Shown piece after piece: positions 1-7,623 of a DNA stretch of 64,000 nucleotides (position 1 is the first letter of the stretch; the number at the start of each line of letters is the position of its first letter). The translations under genes were made by a program, and so were the position numbers. This stretch comes from Deltaproteobacteria bacterium (lineage in GTDB: Bacteria; Desulfobacterota; Desulfobacteria; Desulfobacterales; SpSt-501), in assembly GCA_016219005.1 (NCBI GenBank), contig JACRCN010000054.1:17519-81518 (forward strand), in the 5' to 3' direction. The notes below the pieces were generated by a model that searched no databases, had not been told where the DNA came from, and worked only from the letters and a program-made list of their open reading frames with translations.

Positions 1-1
1 C

Positions 2-943
2 TTCGATAACTACCTCGCCGAACCGCAACGCCGGAAGCTCTCCTCCATTTACCACACGGCCAAGGCTGAATTCTCCGATGTGCTGATGCTGCCGGGTGAG
101 CGGGTCTTCTTCATCTGCAGCAACCGTCCCCTTCAGACCGGTATCCCCGATCTGCTGCGGCGCAAAGGCATTTCGACCCTTTCCATCAGCGCTTACTACG
201 AGGGCAATGTCACGCCGGAGCGCATTTCATACCTGCGGGGCCAGATGGACCCGGCAGCACCGCCCAACACCGAACTGGCGCCCTACGTCATGCGCACTGC
301 GTTCTCGGAATGGTTCGCGAAGTATGACTCATCTCCGCTTTGGTTCATGGGTGCCCTCGCCTGTGTCCTGGGGTTTTACTTCTGGCACGCGAGCCGGGTG
401 GAGTTCGTGCTGTTTTCAACCGGATGGGTGGCTATGGGCAGCGAAATCCTGATCATTTTTGCGTTTCAGATTTTTTTTGGGTATATTTATTTCCAGATCG
501 GCCTCATCGTGACGGCCTTCCTGGCCGGCCTTCTCCCCGGAGCACTCTGGGGCCACCGACGCACTGCCCGGGCTCGGCGCGTTCTGGTTCTGTCGGATAT
601 TGCGCTCATCGGCCTGCTGGCCGCCACCTTCGCAGCCGTGCATGCGGGAGACCGCCTCGGGCAGGCGTTTTACCTCTTCCTCGGTTTCACGGTTTCATTT
701 GCCTGCGGCTTGCAGTTCCCGGCCGCATTGCGGTTGAGGGGGGACGACGGCCGCGCGGCCACCGGGGTTTTTTCTGCAGACCTGATCGGGGCCGCGCTCG
801 GCACACTGGTGACGAGCACGATTCTCATTCCCTTTTTGGGAATCACGGGGGCGATCGGCGCGTTGATGGGCTTGAAATTGCTGAGCCTCCTGATAGCGGG
901 CACGCTGCATGAAAACCTTGTCGCGCAGACAATTTCTGATTGA
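2..943 (+). CDS. Spermidine-synthase-like membrane protein, C-terminal part (5' end lies outside the window)
   Basis: Frame 2 is open from base 2 (FDNYLAEPQRRKLSSIYH...), so ORF 80..943 is only the visible part. It shows the tail of a SpeE/class-I methyltransferase-like fold followed by several hydrophobic helices (WFMGALACVLGFYFW, ILIIFAFQIFFGYIYFQIGLIV). The architecture matches the C-terminus of 4845..7253. Confidence 0.6.
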   Translation, partial: FDNYLAEPQRRKLSSIYHTAKAEFSDVLMLPGERVFFICSNRPLQTGIPDLLRRKGISTLSISAYYEGNVTPERISYLRGQMDPAAPPNTELAPYVMRTAFSEWFAKYDSSPLWFMGALACVLGFYFWHASRVEFVLFSTGWVAMGSEILIIFAFQIFFGYIYFQIGLIVTAFLAGLLPGALWGHRRTARARRVLVLSDIALIGLLAATFAAVHAGDRLGQAFYLFLGFTVSFACGLQFPAALRLRGDDGRAATGVFSADLIGAALGTLVTSTILIPFLGITGAIGALMGLKLLSLLIAGTLHENLVAQTISD

Positions 944-2090
944 CGGCACCGGCTGGGTCGCAGCCTGCGCTGCAGCGGCCGCGCTCGGGCCTTTCACGGC
1001 ATGCGGTTCCATGGCGTGGGCCCAGGAAGACATCAGCGGCAGCGTTTTCAAGGGGGACGGTCCGAAACAGGTCTGGAAATGGTCCCGGGAGGGATACAGC
1101 TACCAGAGCCTGGACGAAAACCGCGTCGCCTGCCTGATCTGCCCCAACCACTGTGTACTGTCCCCCGGAGACCGCAGCGTGTGCCGCTCCAAGGTCAACG
1201 TGAACGGCAAGCTCTACAGCCTGGCCTACGGCAATCCCTGCGCCATCCACATCGACCCGATCGAGAAAAAACCGCTCTACCATTTTGCGCCGCGATCGAC
1301 GGCGTTTTCACTGGCGGCCGCCGGCTGCAACTTCCGTTGTCTGAACTGTCAGAACTGGGAGATCTCCCAGGCGAAACCCCACGAGGTGCAGCACCGTGAA
1401 CTCTTTCCAGCCGATGTCGCCGGCAGCGCGAAACAGGCCGGCTGCCATTCCATCGCCTACACTTACTCCGAGCCGGTCACGTTCTACGAATACATGCTGG
1501 ACACGGCGCAGGCCGCCCGCGAGGCCGGCCTGCGCAATGTTCTGATTTCGAACGGCTACATCAACCGGGAGCCGCTGGTCGACCTCTGCCGGCGGCTCGA
1601 CGCCGCCAACATCAACCTCAAGGCCTACAGCGACGCCATTTACCGCAAGTTGAACGGAGGCCGGCTAGCGCCGGTGCTGACCACGCTAAAGACCTTGCAC
1701 GACCAGGGGATACACCTGGAAATCACCAACCTCGTGGTGCCTACCTACGTGGACGACGCAGACCTGGTCCGGCGTATGTGTGCCTGGATTCTGAAGGAGG
1801 TCGGGCCGGACCACCCCCTGCACTTCCTGCGGTTTCAGCCCCGCTACAGACTGGACCGCCTGCCGCAGACTCCCGTGTCCACCCTGGGGCGTTTCCGGGA
1901 GATTGCGGTCGCGGAAGGCATCCGCTACGCCTACATCGGCAATGTCCCCCACCATGATGGCAACCACACGTATTGCCACCATTGCCGCCGGCTGCTGATC
2001 GCGCGCGCCGGATACCACATCCGTGAGGTTCATCTCAACGCAAGCCGTTGCGAATACTGCGGCACCGCCATCCCTGGCGTTTGGGCATAG
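909..2090 (+). CDS. AmmeMemoRadiSam-system-type radical SAM enzyme (AmrS-like) with N-terminal twin-arginine signal
   Basis: CNFRCLNCQNW is the CxxxCxxC radical SAM cluster motif. There is an N-terminal Cys motif (CLICPNHCVLSPGDRSVCRSK) and a C-terminal Cys pair (YCHHC...CEYCG). The N-terminus MKTLSRRQFLIDG...AWAQ looks like a Tat signal. The gene overlaps the upstream gene by 35 nt. Confidence 0.85.
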   Translation: MKTLSRRQFLIDGTGWVAACAAAAALGPFTACGSMAWAQEDISGSVFKGDGPKQVWKWSREGYSYQSLDENRVACLICPNHCVLSPGDRSVCRSKVNVNGKLYSLAYGNPCAIHIDPIEKKPLYHFAPRSTAFSLAAAGCNFRCLNCQNWEISQAKPHEVQHRELFPADVAGSAKQAGCHSIAYTYSEPVTFYEYMLDTAQAAREAGLRNVLISNGYINREPLVDLCRRLDAANINLKAYSDAIYRKLNGGRLAPVLTTLKTLHDQGIHLEITNLVVPTYVDDADLVRRMCAWILKEVGPDHPLHFLRFQPRYRLDRLPQTPVSTLGRFREIAVAEGIRYAYIGNVPHHDGNHTYCHHCRRLLIARAGYHIREVHLNASRCEYCGTAIPGVWA

Positions 2091-2111
2091 AGCTCAAGGT
2101 TAACGCAACGC

Positions 2112-2159
2112 AAAAAAAAGAGGGCGGGGTTGATGCTCACCTCCTGCCCTCTTTTTTCT
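2112..2159. terminator. Bidirectional Rho-independent terminator between convergent genes
   Basis: A-tract, then stem agagggcgggg / cctcctgccctct, then T-tract (aaaaaaaagagggcggggttgatgctcacctcctgccctcttttttctttt). It lies between the radical SAM stop (2090) and the bactofilin stop (2295). Confidence 0.7.
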
Positions 2160-2294
2160 TTTCAGCCCTGCACCGTGTACCGTGCGCCGTGGGCCTTTCG
2201 GATGGTCGGCGACCTCCGGCAAAGCCGGGGGCTTACCTGAAGGAAGTCGCCGCTCGCGCCGAGACCGTCATCGGCGCGCGGCGGTCGACCGGAG

Positions 2295-2687
2295 CTATTT
2301 CTGGGTCTCGGGTGGGCTAACTATCGGCTGCAGCTTTCCCGGCCGGCGCGAGCGGTTGAGCATTTTGGATATCCCTTCGAAAACCGCACCGTCGCGGATC
2401 TCGTAGGATCCGGCCGTAGACTCGCCGTTGAAACACCCCGCCGTCTGCACTTCCAGCTGCACCCGGGCGAGCACCTTGCCCGTCAGCACTCCCTGAATGA
2501 CGATGTTGCGAGCTTCGACCTCGGCCTCGACTACTCCGTTTGCGCCGACAAAGAGGTCGCCGGCCAGCCGGATGCTGCCTTTCACCCGGCCGTCCACGTG
2601 CAGGTTTTCCTCGCCGCTGATCTCGCCTTCGACGACGATCTGCCGGCTGACCAGGGATGTCGTTCCGGAAGCTGCCTCTTTGACCAT
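2295..2687 (-). CDS. Bactofilin (polymer-forming cytoskeletal protein, DUF583 family)
   Basis: 130 aa with a repetitive beta-helix pattern (VVEGEISGEENLHVDGRVKGSIRLAGDLFVGANGVVEAEVEARNIVIQGVLTGKV) and a Pro-rich tail. It sits directly downstream of a second bactofilin. Confidence 0.8.
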   Translation of the reverse strand: MVKEAASGTTSLVSRQIVVEGEISGEENLHVDGRVKGSIRLAGDLFVGANGVVEAEVEARNIVIQGVLTGKVLARVQLEVQTAGCFNGESTAGSYEIRDGAVFEGISKMLNRSRRPGKLQPIVSPPETQK

Positions 2688-2710
2688 GAGCGGAATCTCC
2701 TTTACGGCGA

Positions 2711-3247
2711 TTACTTTTTTCCGGATGGTTTGGGCGCTGAGGGGCCTTCGGGGGGCTTCTTCATTTCGACCTCGCCGTTGAAATCGGCGCCGTCCACCAT
2801 GGAAAGCCGGGGGGGTGCGATCCGGCCGCTCACGTCGGCGGATGGTTCCGGCGCTGAGGGGCCTTCGGGGGGTTTCTTCATTTCGACCTCGCCGTTGAAA
2901 TCGGCGCCGTCCACCATGGAAAGCCGGGGGGTTGCGATCCGGCCGTTCACGACAGCGGTCTTCTCCAGATGAACCCTTTCGCGGGCGGCCAGGTTGCCGG
3001 TGACATTTCCGCTCACCGTGATGGTGACCGCCTTGATCTCGCCGGTCGCTGCTGCGGACGGCGCGAGAACGAGATCACCGTTCAGATCACACTCGCCTTC
3101 CAGCCTGCCCATCACGATCAGGTTGCCGCCCCCGGAGATCTTGCCCTTGACGCCGAGCTTGGCGCCGAAAAAACCGCTTTCGCTGCCGGTCCTCTGGGAA
3201 CCGCCCTGCGGAGCGGGGCCTGGCTCGGTTTTCGAAAAAAGTCCCAT
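2711..3247 (-). CDS. Bactofilin with duplicated C-terminal winding and Pro-rich tail
   Basis: I start the gene at the internal ATG 3247 (MGLFSKTEPGP...), which is preceded by GGAAAGGA. The longer ORF to 3394 would run through repeat element A1. Bactofilin pattern: KISGGGNLIVMGRLEGECDLNGDLVLAPSAAATGEIKAVTITVSGNVTGNL. The C-terminal 39-aa unit is repeated twice. Confidence 0.75.
   Translation of the reverse strand: MGLFSKTEPGPAPQGGSQRTGSESGFFGAKLGVKGKISGGGNLIVMGRLEGECDLNGDLVLAPSAAATGEIKAVTITVSGNVTGNLAARERVHLEKTAVVNGRIATPRLSMVDGADFNGEVEMKKPPEGPSAPEPSADVSGRIAPPRLSMVDGADFNGEVEMKKPPEGPSAPKPSGKK
2722..2955. repeat. Tandem direct repeat, 2 x 117 bp, in frame inside the bactofilin gene
   Basis: Unit 1 is 2722..2838 and unit 2 is 2839..2955. 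The 95-bp cores 2734..2828 and 2851..2945 differ at only a few bases. They encode GRIA(T/P)PRLSMVDGADFNGEVEMKKPPEGPSAP twice. Confidence 0.9.
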
Positions 3248-3280
3248 GGAAGGCGTCCTTTCCGGTTTTTGAACGCTTCG

Positions 3281-3423
3281 CAGGGTATTGAAAAACAAGC
3301 ATCCTGCCGTCAGCCAAGGTGCACGGCGTTTTGAAAAGCGCAGCATATTCACTGAGATGTGAGCATCTGCAAACGCCGCGCAACGCCGTATCACACCCTT
3401 ATGCGCCGTTTTTCAACAGCCTG
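3281..3423 (+). repeat. MITE-like palindromic repeat, family A, copy 1
   Basis: Terminal inverted repeats: cagggtattgaaaaac versus the reverse complement of gtttttcaacagcctg (14/16 match). It aligns along its whole length with 3751..3891 (shared core cgtcagccaagg(t/c)gc(a/g)cggcg...aaagcgcagcatat...gccgcgcaacgccg). Confidence 0.75.
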
Positions 3424-3750
3424 TCAGGTAATCGCAATTGATAATCGGTCTTTATTTGTATTTATTTATCACATCCGCAAAGAGAAATAAAGGAAAATGC
3501 CGCGGCCGCAAGCGGCAGAACCACCAACAGGACCGCCACAATTATGTTATGGCTTTGATGTGGGTATTTGCGTATTTTCTCCAGGAGCGCCGGAAAGGCG
3601 CCGCAGGTTGCAAACAACTTTCGATGTATAAGATTATTTAATACCCGGCTGTGGTCCGCATGGCATGCAACCCTGCATGACAACCTCGATTCACCTGTGC
3701 TATAGATGCAAATGGATCACGACTTCAGGCGCCGTCTTTCAACGCCCGGA

Positions 3751-3891
3751 CCGGGTGTTAAAAAAAGCATCGGTCCGTCAGCCAAGGCGCGCGGCGGATT
3801 GGAAAGCGCAGCATATCCCCTGATATTTGAGCCGTTGCAAGGGCCGCGCAACGCCGGATAACGGCGCGAAGAGCCGTTTTTCAACACTCTG
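3751..3891 (+). repeat. MITE-like palindromic repeat, family A, copy 2 (with an abutting right-end fragment at 3727..3750)
   Basis: Collinear with copy 1 and in the same orientation. Immediately to its left, ggcgccgtctttcaacgcccgg resembles another right terminus of the same family. Confidence 0.7.
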
Positions 3892-3900
3892 CCGGATCGC

Positions 3901-4635
3901 ATGAAGGCGGCACCCATGAAAATCACCGCAATCGCATGCGTGGTCTTTCTGCTCTGCCCGTTGGCGGCGTTCGCGGCGGGTACGGACACTCCTGCCACGC
4001 GGGCGGCCCGCGAACGCATGGTGGCCGAGCAAATCCAGGCTCGGGGAATCACCAGTCCGGCTGTTCTCGGCGCCATGCGCTCGGTCCCGCGGCATTTTTT
4101 CGTTCCCGAGGATCTCGCCTCCTCCGCCTATGCAGACCACCCTCTTCCCATCGGCGAAGGCCAGACGATCTCCCAGCCCTACATCGTCGCCCTGATGACC
4201 GAAGTCCTGAACCTCAAGAAAGGCGACCGCGTGCTCGAGATTGGCACCGGCTCAGGCTACCAGGCTGCGATTCTGTCGGCCGTGGGGGTTGACGTGCGCA
4301 CGATAGAAATTAAGCCTAAACTTTATGAAACATCATATAACACGTTAATAATAAATGGTTATAATAACGTAGTCTGCCGCCTCGATGATGGATATTTCGG
4401 CTGGCTGGAGGCAAGCCCGTTCGACGCCGTCATGGTCACCGCGGCAGTGGATCACATTCCTCCACCCCTGATCGCTCAACTCAAGGACGGCGGACGCCTG
4501 GTGCTGCCGTTGGGAAGCCCCTTCGGGTATCAGAACCTCGTGCTCGTGACCAAGCGCGGGGAAGAGGTTGTGCTGAGGAACATCATCGGCGTGCTCTTTG
4601 TTCCGCTGACGGGGCGCGCCATGGACAAACGCTGA
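3901..4635 (+). CDS. pcm: Protein-L-isoaspartate O-methyltransferase with N-terminal signal peptide
   Basis: Pcm hallmarks: SVPRHFFVPE, GEGQTISQPYIVALMTE, VLEIGTGSGYQAAIL, FDAVMVTAA. The N-terminus MKITAIACVVFLLCPLAAFAAG is Sec-signal-like. An alternative start ATG at 3916 has a better purine-rich spacer. Confidence 0.85.
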   Translation: MKAAPMKITAIACVVFLLCPLAAFAAGTDTPATRAARERMVAEQIQARGITSPAVLGAMRSVPRHFFVPEDLASSAYADHPLPIGEGQTISQPYIVALMTEVLNLKKGDRVLEIGTGSGYQAAILSAVGVDVRTIEIKPKLYETSYNTLIINGYNNVVCRLDDGYFGWLEASPFDAVMVTAAVDHIPPPLIAQLKDGGRLVLPLGSPFGYQNLVLVTKRGEEVVLRNIIGVLFVPLTGRAMDKR

Positions 4636-4668
4636 TGGCTTGGTAACAAGGCCAATGCCGGCGTTGCG

Positions 4669-4691
4669 CTTTCCCGCCTGCGGCGGGAAAG
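4669..4691 (+). terminator. GC-rich hairpin downstream of pcm (terminator-like, no clear U-tract)
   Basis: ctttcccgcc tgc ggcgggaaag forms a perfect 10-bp stem, 34 nt after the pcm stop. Confidence 0.35.
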
Positions 4692-4774
4692 ATCTTGACG
4701 GCTTTTGCTGCCATACCACGTGGAAGACTGATTGGTTTTATTGCCACAGCCGCAGCCTTAACACGGCGTTGCAA

Positions 4775-4823
4775 GACAAGCTTCCAACCGCCAGCCAAGG
4801 TGCATGGCGTTGCGGAAGAAGCC
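4775..4823 (+). repeat. Partial copy of repeat family A (left half only)
   Basis: gacaagcttccaaccgccagccaaggtgcatggcgttgcggaagaagcc aligns with the left half of copies 1 and 2. Confidence 0.55.
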
Positions 4824-4844
4824 TTGAGAGGCAGACATTCTCCT

Positions 4845-7253
4845 ATGCTGGCCGCCGTTTTCCTGATATCGGTTTCAACCCTTGCCTTCGAAGTCCTGCT
4901 GGCCCGGATGTTTGCCTTCACCCAGTGGAACCACCTCTCGTTCCTGGTAATCAGCATCGCCCTGTTCGGGTTTGCGGCGAGCGGCACGCTTTTCACCATG
5001 GCGGCACCTGCCGTTGCGAGATGGCGCGGGGTCCACTGGTCGCTGCTGGTGGTTCTGTTCTCGGCCTCGATGCTGGCGGCCGTGATCGGGATGACGCGGA
5101 TCCCCCTGGACTACCACCGCCTGGCTCTCCAGCCGCTTCAGGCCGTCTACCTGTTCGCCGTTTATCTGCTGCTGGCCCTGCCCTTCCTCTTCTCCGGCGG
5201 TCTCGTCTCCGCAGCCTACATGGCGCAGCCGCAGCACACCGCAGCCATCTACTTCGCCGTCATGGCTGGCTCGGCCCTGGGGGTTCTCCTGCCGGTGCCC
5301 CTGCTGTCCGTGGGCAGCGAACCCGGCCTGGTCGTAATCGCAGCCATGGTCCCGCTGGCAGCACCGGGGGTCATGCTCACAGACGATTGGCGCAGGCGCA
5401 GCCGGCATGACCGTGGCGCCGTCCTCGCCGTGTCCGCCGCCGGCCTCCTGGTTCTCATGGCGGCAGCGTGGCTGCTAACCCCGGGCGCGCAGGAGGTTCG
5501 CGACCCGAAGCCTTCCGAGTTCAAATTTCTTTCCCAGATCCAATCGCTGCCCGGCACGCGCATCGTGGCGACCACCGCAGACATCCGCGGCCGGGTGGAC
5601 CGCGTCCAGGGCCCGCACCTGCGTTTCGCCCCCGGCCTCAGTCTCAAGCACGCCGCCCCCTTGCCGCAAGCGACGGCGGTGCTCACGGACGGCGACCGGC
5701 CCGTCTTCCTCTACGATCGCAGCGCGGCTGCGAATGCGCACTTCGCCCGGGACACCCTGTCCTTTGCCGGCTACGAGCTGCACGGCCGCCCCGGCAGCGT
5801 TCTGGTGCTTCTGTCCGGCGGCGGGCAGGCCGTTGCCTGCGCGCTGGCCTCCGGCGCCGGCCGCATCCAGATTCAGCACGCCAACCCCCGCGTCGCGGAT
5901 CAGATCCGCAGCCACTACGGCCTGCCCGTGGCCGCGACCCCTGCCCGCTCCTACCTGGCGCAGTCGGCCGAGCGCTTCGACATCGTGCACGTCGAAAGCC
6001 CGGGGGCCTCGATGCCCGGCGCGGACGCCCTAGACCAGGACCATCTGCTCACCATAGAAGCCTTCGGCGAGTATCTGCGGCACCTCTCCCCGAACGGCGT
6101 GCTCATCGTGTCGCGCCGCTTGCTGCTGCCCCCCGCTGATTCGCTGCGGCTATGGGCCACCGCCCGGCAAGCCCTCGCGCGCGGCGGTGCGACCCATCCC
6201 GAGCGCAGCATCATCATCCTGCGGTCATGGGACACCTATACCCTGATGGTGTTCCAAGAACCGCCCGCCGATCCCGCCCTGATCCAGGAGGTCGCGCACC
6301 GGGGCAATTTCGACGTGGTCTATGCCGACGGCGCCGACGATTCGCTCAGCAACCGCTACAATGTCTTCGACGCCCCCTACCATTTCCGCGAGCATCTTCA
6401 GCTGGCGAGCGCCGTGCGCAAAGCCGCCGCCGAGGAATACTTCCGTGATTATGCGATGGACGTCGCGCCCCAAACGGACCGCCAGCCCTTCCCCGGGCAC
6501 TTTTTGAAATGGTCCCGTCTGCCGGACCTTTACCGGATGCTGGGCAGCCGCCTGCACGCCTTCGGATTATCGGGGGAAGTGGTGGTGGCTCTCGCCCTGG
6601 CGGAGGCGTTCGGGGTGTCCGCGATGCTGCTCCTGCTGCCGATCGCGGCGATCAAACGCAGGCGAGAACGGATCCCATGGCGGGTGACGATCTTCTTTCT
6701 CGGTATTGGCGCCGGCTTCATGCACGCTGAACTGCTTTTCGTCTACCTCGGCACCTATCTGCTGGGCGACCCGGTGATCAGCCTCACGCTCACTCTGGCG
6801 GGGACCCTGGTCTCCTCCGGGCTCGGAGGGCTCTGGAGCGGCATGCGGGGAGCAGGCTGCCTGCGCGCCTCCACGGGGGCAGCGGCCCTGGTGCTCGGGT
6901 TGGCGGCGGCTGGCCTCATGCTGTTTTCATCCCATGTGCTCGCGCTGCCGGCGCCGGTTCGGGGCGCCGTGCTCCTCGCGGCGGTCATGATACCCGGATT
7001 CCTGATGGGGATGCCCTTCCCCCTCGCCATGCGCCACCTGGCGCAGAGCACGGCCGTCAAGGCCTACGCCTGGTCCGCCAACGGGTGCGCCTCGGTGCTG
7101 GCCTCGATTCTCAGCGCGCAGATCGCAATCGCTGCGGGTTTTGAATGGGTCCTCGCCGCCGCCGTTATTACATATGGAATCGCCTTTATGGCGTTCCTGC
7201 GCACCCGGTTGACTATGGGCACTAAGACACATACGGTCATGCAAGGAAGTTGA
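4845..7253 (+). CDS. Spermidine-synthase-like protein flanked by N- and C-terminal multi-pass membrane domains
   Basis: I start the gene at ATG 4845 (MLAAVFLISVSTLAFEVLLARMF...), because the longer ORF from 4695 is built from repeat A sequence. It has an N-terminal block of hydrophobic helices, a central SpeE-like region (FDIVHVESPGASMPGADALDQDHLLTIEAFGEYLRHLSPNGVLIVSRRL) and a C-terminal hydrophobic block. Confidence 0.75.
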   Translation: MLAAVFLISVSTLAFEVLLARMFAFTQWNHLSFLVISIALFGFAASGTLFTMAAPAVARWRGVHWSLLVVLFSASMLAAVIGMTRIPLDYHRLALQPLQAVYLFAVYLLLALPFLFSGGLVSAAYMAQPQHTAAIYFAVMAGSALGVLLPVPLLSVGSEPGLVVIAAMVPLAAPGVMLTDDWRRRSRHDRGAVLAVSAAGLLVLMAAAWLLTPGAQEVRDPKPSEFKFLSQIQSLPGTRIVATTADIRGRVDRVQGPHLRFAPGLSLKHAAPLPQATAVLTDGDRPVFLYDRSAAANAHFARDTLSFAGYELHGRPGSVLVLLSGGGQAVACALASGAGRIQIQHANPRVADQIRSHYGLPVAATPARSYLAQSAERFDIVHVESPGASMPGADALDQDHLLTIEAFGEYLRHLSPNGVLIVSRRLLLPPADSLRLWATARQALARGGATHPERSIIILRSWDTYTLMVFQEPPADPALIQEVAHRGNFDVVYADGADDSLSNRYNVFDAPYHFREHLQLASAVRKAAAEEYFRDYAMDVAPQTDRQPFPGHFLKWSRLPDLYRMLGSRLHAFGLSGEVVVALALAEAFGVSAMLLLLPIAAIKRRRERIPWRVTIFFLGIGAGFMHAELLFVYLGTYLLGDPVISLTLTLAGTLVSSGLGGLWSGMRGAGCLRASTGAAALVLGLAAAGLMLFSSHVLALPAPVRGAVLLAAVMIPGFLMGMPFPLAMRHLAQSTAVKAYAWSANGCASVLASILSAQIAIAAGFEWVLAAAVITYGIAFMAFLRTRLTMGTKTHTVMQGS

Positions 7254-7356
7254 GCCTTCTTGCGGGAACGGCTTTCCAGCCGGGATCATCGAGCCTGAAG
7301 GTCTCTCCCACATGCCATGAGCGAAGAAGACGCGACAGCGTGCCATCATCTTCTTT

Positions 7357-7623
7357 ATGAACATTCGGGTCGAATGCTACAGCGGCTATCGCGGGGACGA
7401 AACCCCGCAGGCGATATGGATCGGAAACCGGCGGATCGCGGTCGCCGAAGTTCTCGATCGCTGGCTGGCGCCGGACCATCGCTATTTCAAATTCCGCGGG
7501 GACGACCAGGCCATTTACATCATTCGCCACGACGTGGCGTCGCTCGCGTGGCAGATCACCTTCTACCAGGACCCGAAAATGGGACCCGTCCCCGTCCGCG
7601 GCCCGACAGGCGGGAGTGCATGA
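7357..7623 (+). CDS. Small conserved hypothetical protein (88 aa)
   Basis: MNIRVECYSGYRGDETPQAIWIGNRRIAVAEVLDRWLAPDHRYFKFRGDDQAIYIIRHD resembles, from memory, a small domain seen in anaerobes. Its stop overlaps the next start as ATGA (7620..7623). There is no obvious SD. Confidence 0.5.
   Translation: MNIRVECYSGYRGDETPQAIWIGNRRIAVAEVLDRWLAPDHRYFKFRGDDQAIYIIRHDVASLAWQITFYQDPKMGPVPVRGPTGGSA

Noticed and set aside
2172-2192. Three tandem CCGTG-containing heptamers (accgtgt accgtgc gccgtgg) in the bactofilin 3' region
   Set aside because: The element is short and degenerate, lies in a 3' UTR-like region, and has no partner motif elsewhere in the window. It cannot be distinguished from chance.
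2722-2955. Considered as a possible CRISPR-like or minisatellite array
   Set aside because: There are only two units and no spacers. It is in frame inside a coding gene, so it is a tandem gene-internal duplication. No CRISPR array is present anywhere in the window.
3661-3677. Sigma54-like TGGCAT-N-CTGCA motif upstream of pcm
   Set aside because: The GG-to-GC spacing is one nucleotide longer than the canonical -24/-12 arrangement, and the site is about 225 nt from a housekeeping-type gene. This is most likely chance.
3462-3683. 73-aa minus-strand ORF in the AT-rich core between the two family A repeats
   Set aside because: It starts with a TTG that has the only SD-like GAGG directly abutting it (no spacer). 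Composition is atypical and there is no motif. A C-terminal hydrophobic stretch alone is not enough. The region is reported as non-coding and possibly regulatory.
4695-4844. N-terminal 50-codon extension of the SpeE-like gene, and similarly 3248..3394 on the bactofilin, 8625..8840 on the ferritin-like gene, and ORF 40270..40464
   Set aside because: These stretches are made of repeat family A or B sequence and give the same pseudo-peptides at different loci. Better starts with SD sequences lie downstream.
7317-7619. 101-codon N-terminal extension of the alpha/beta hydrolase ORF
   Set aside because: It is Arg/Pro/Gly-rich and overlaps the better-looking 88-aa gene in another frame. The hydrolase homology begins at MNVLPL (ATG 7620), which forms an ATGA junction with the small gene.
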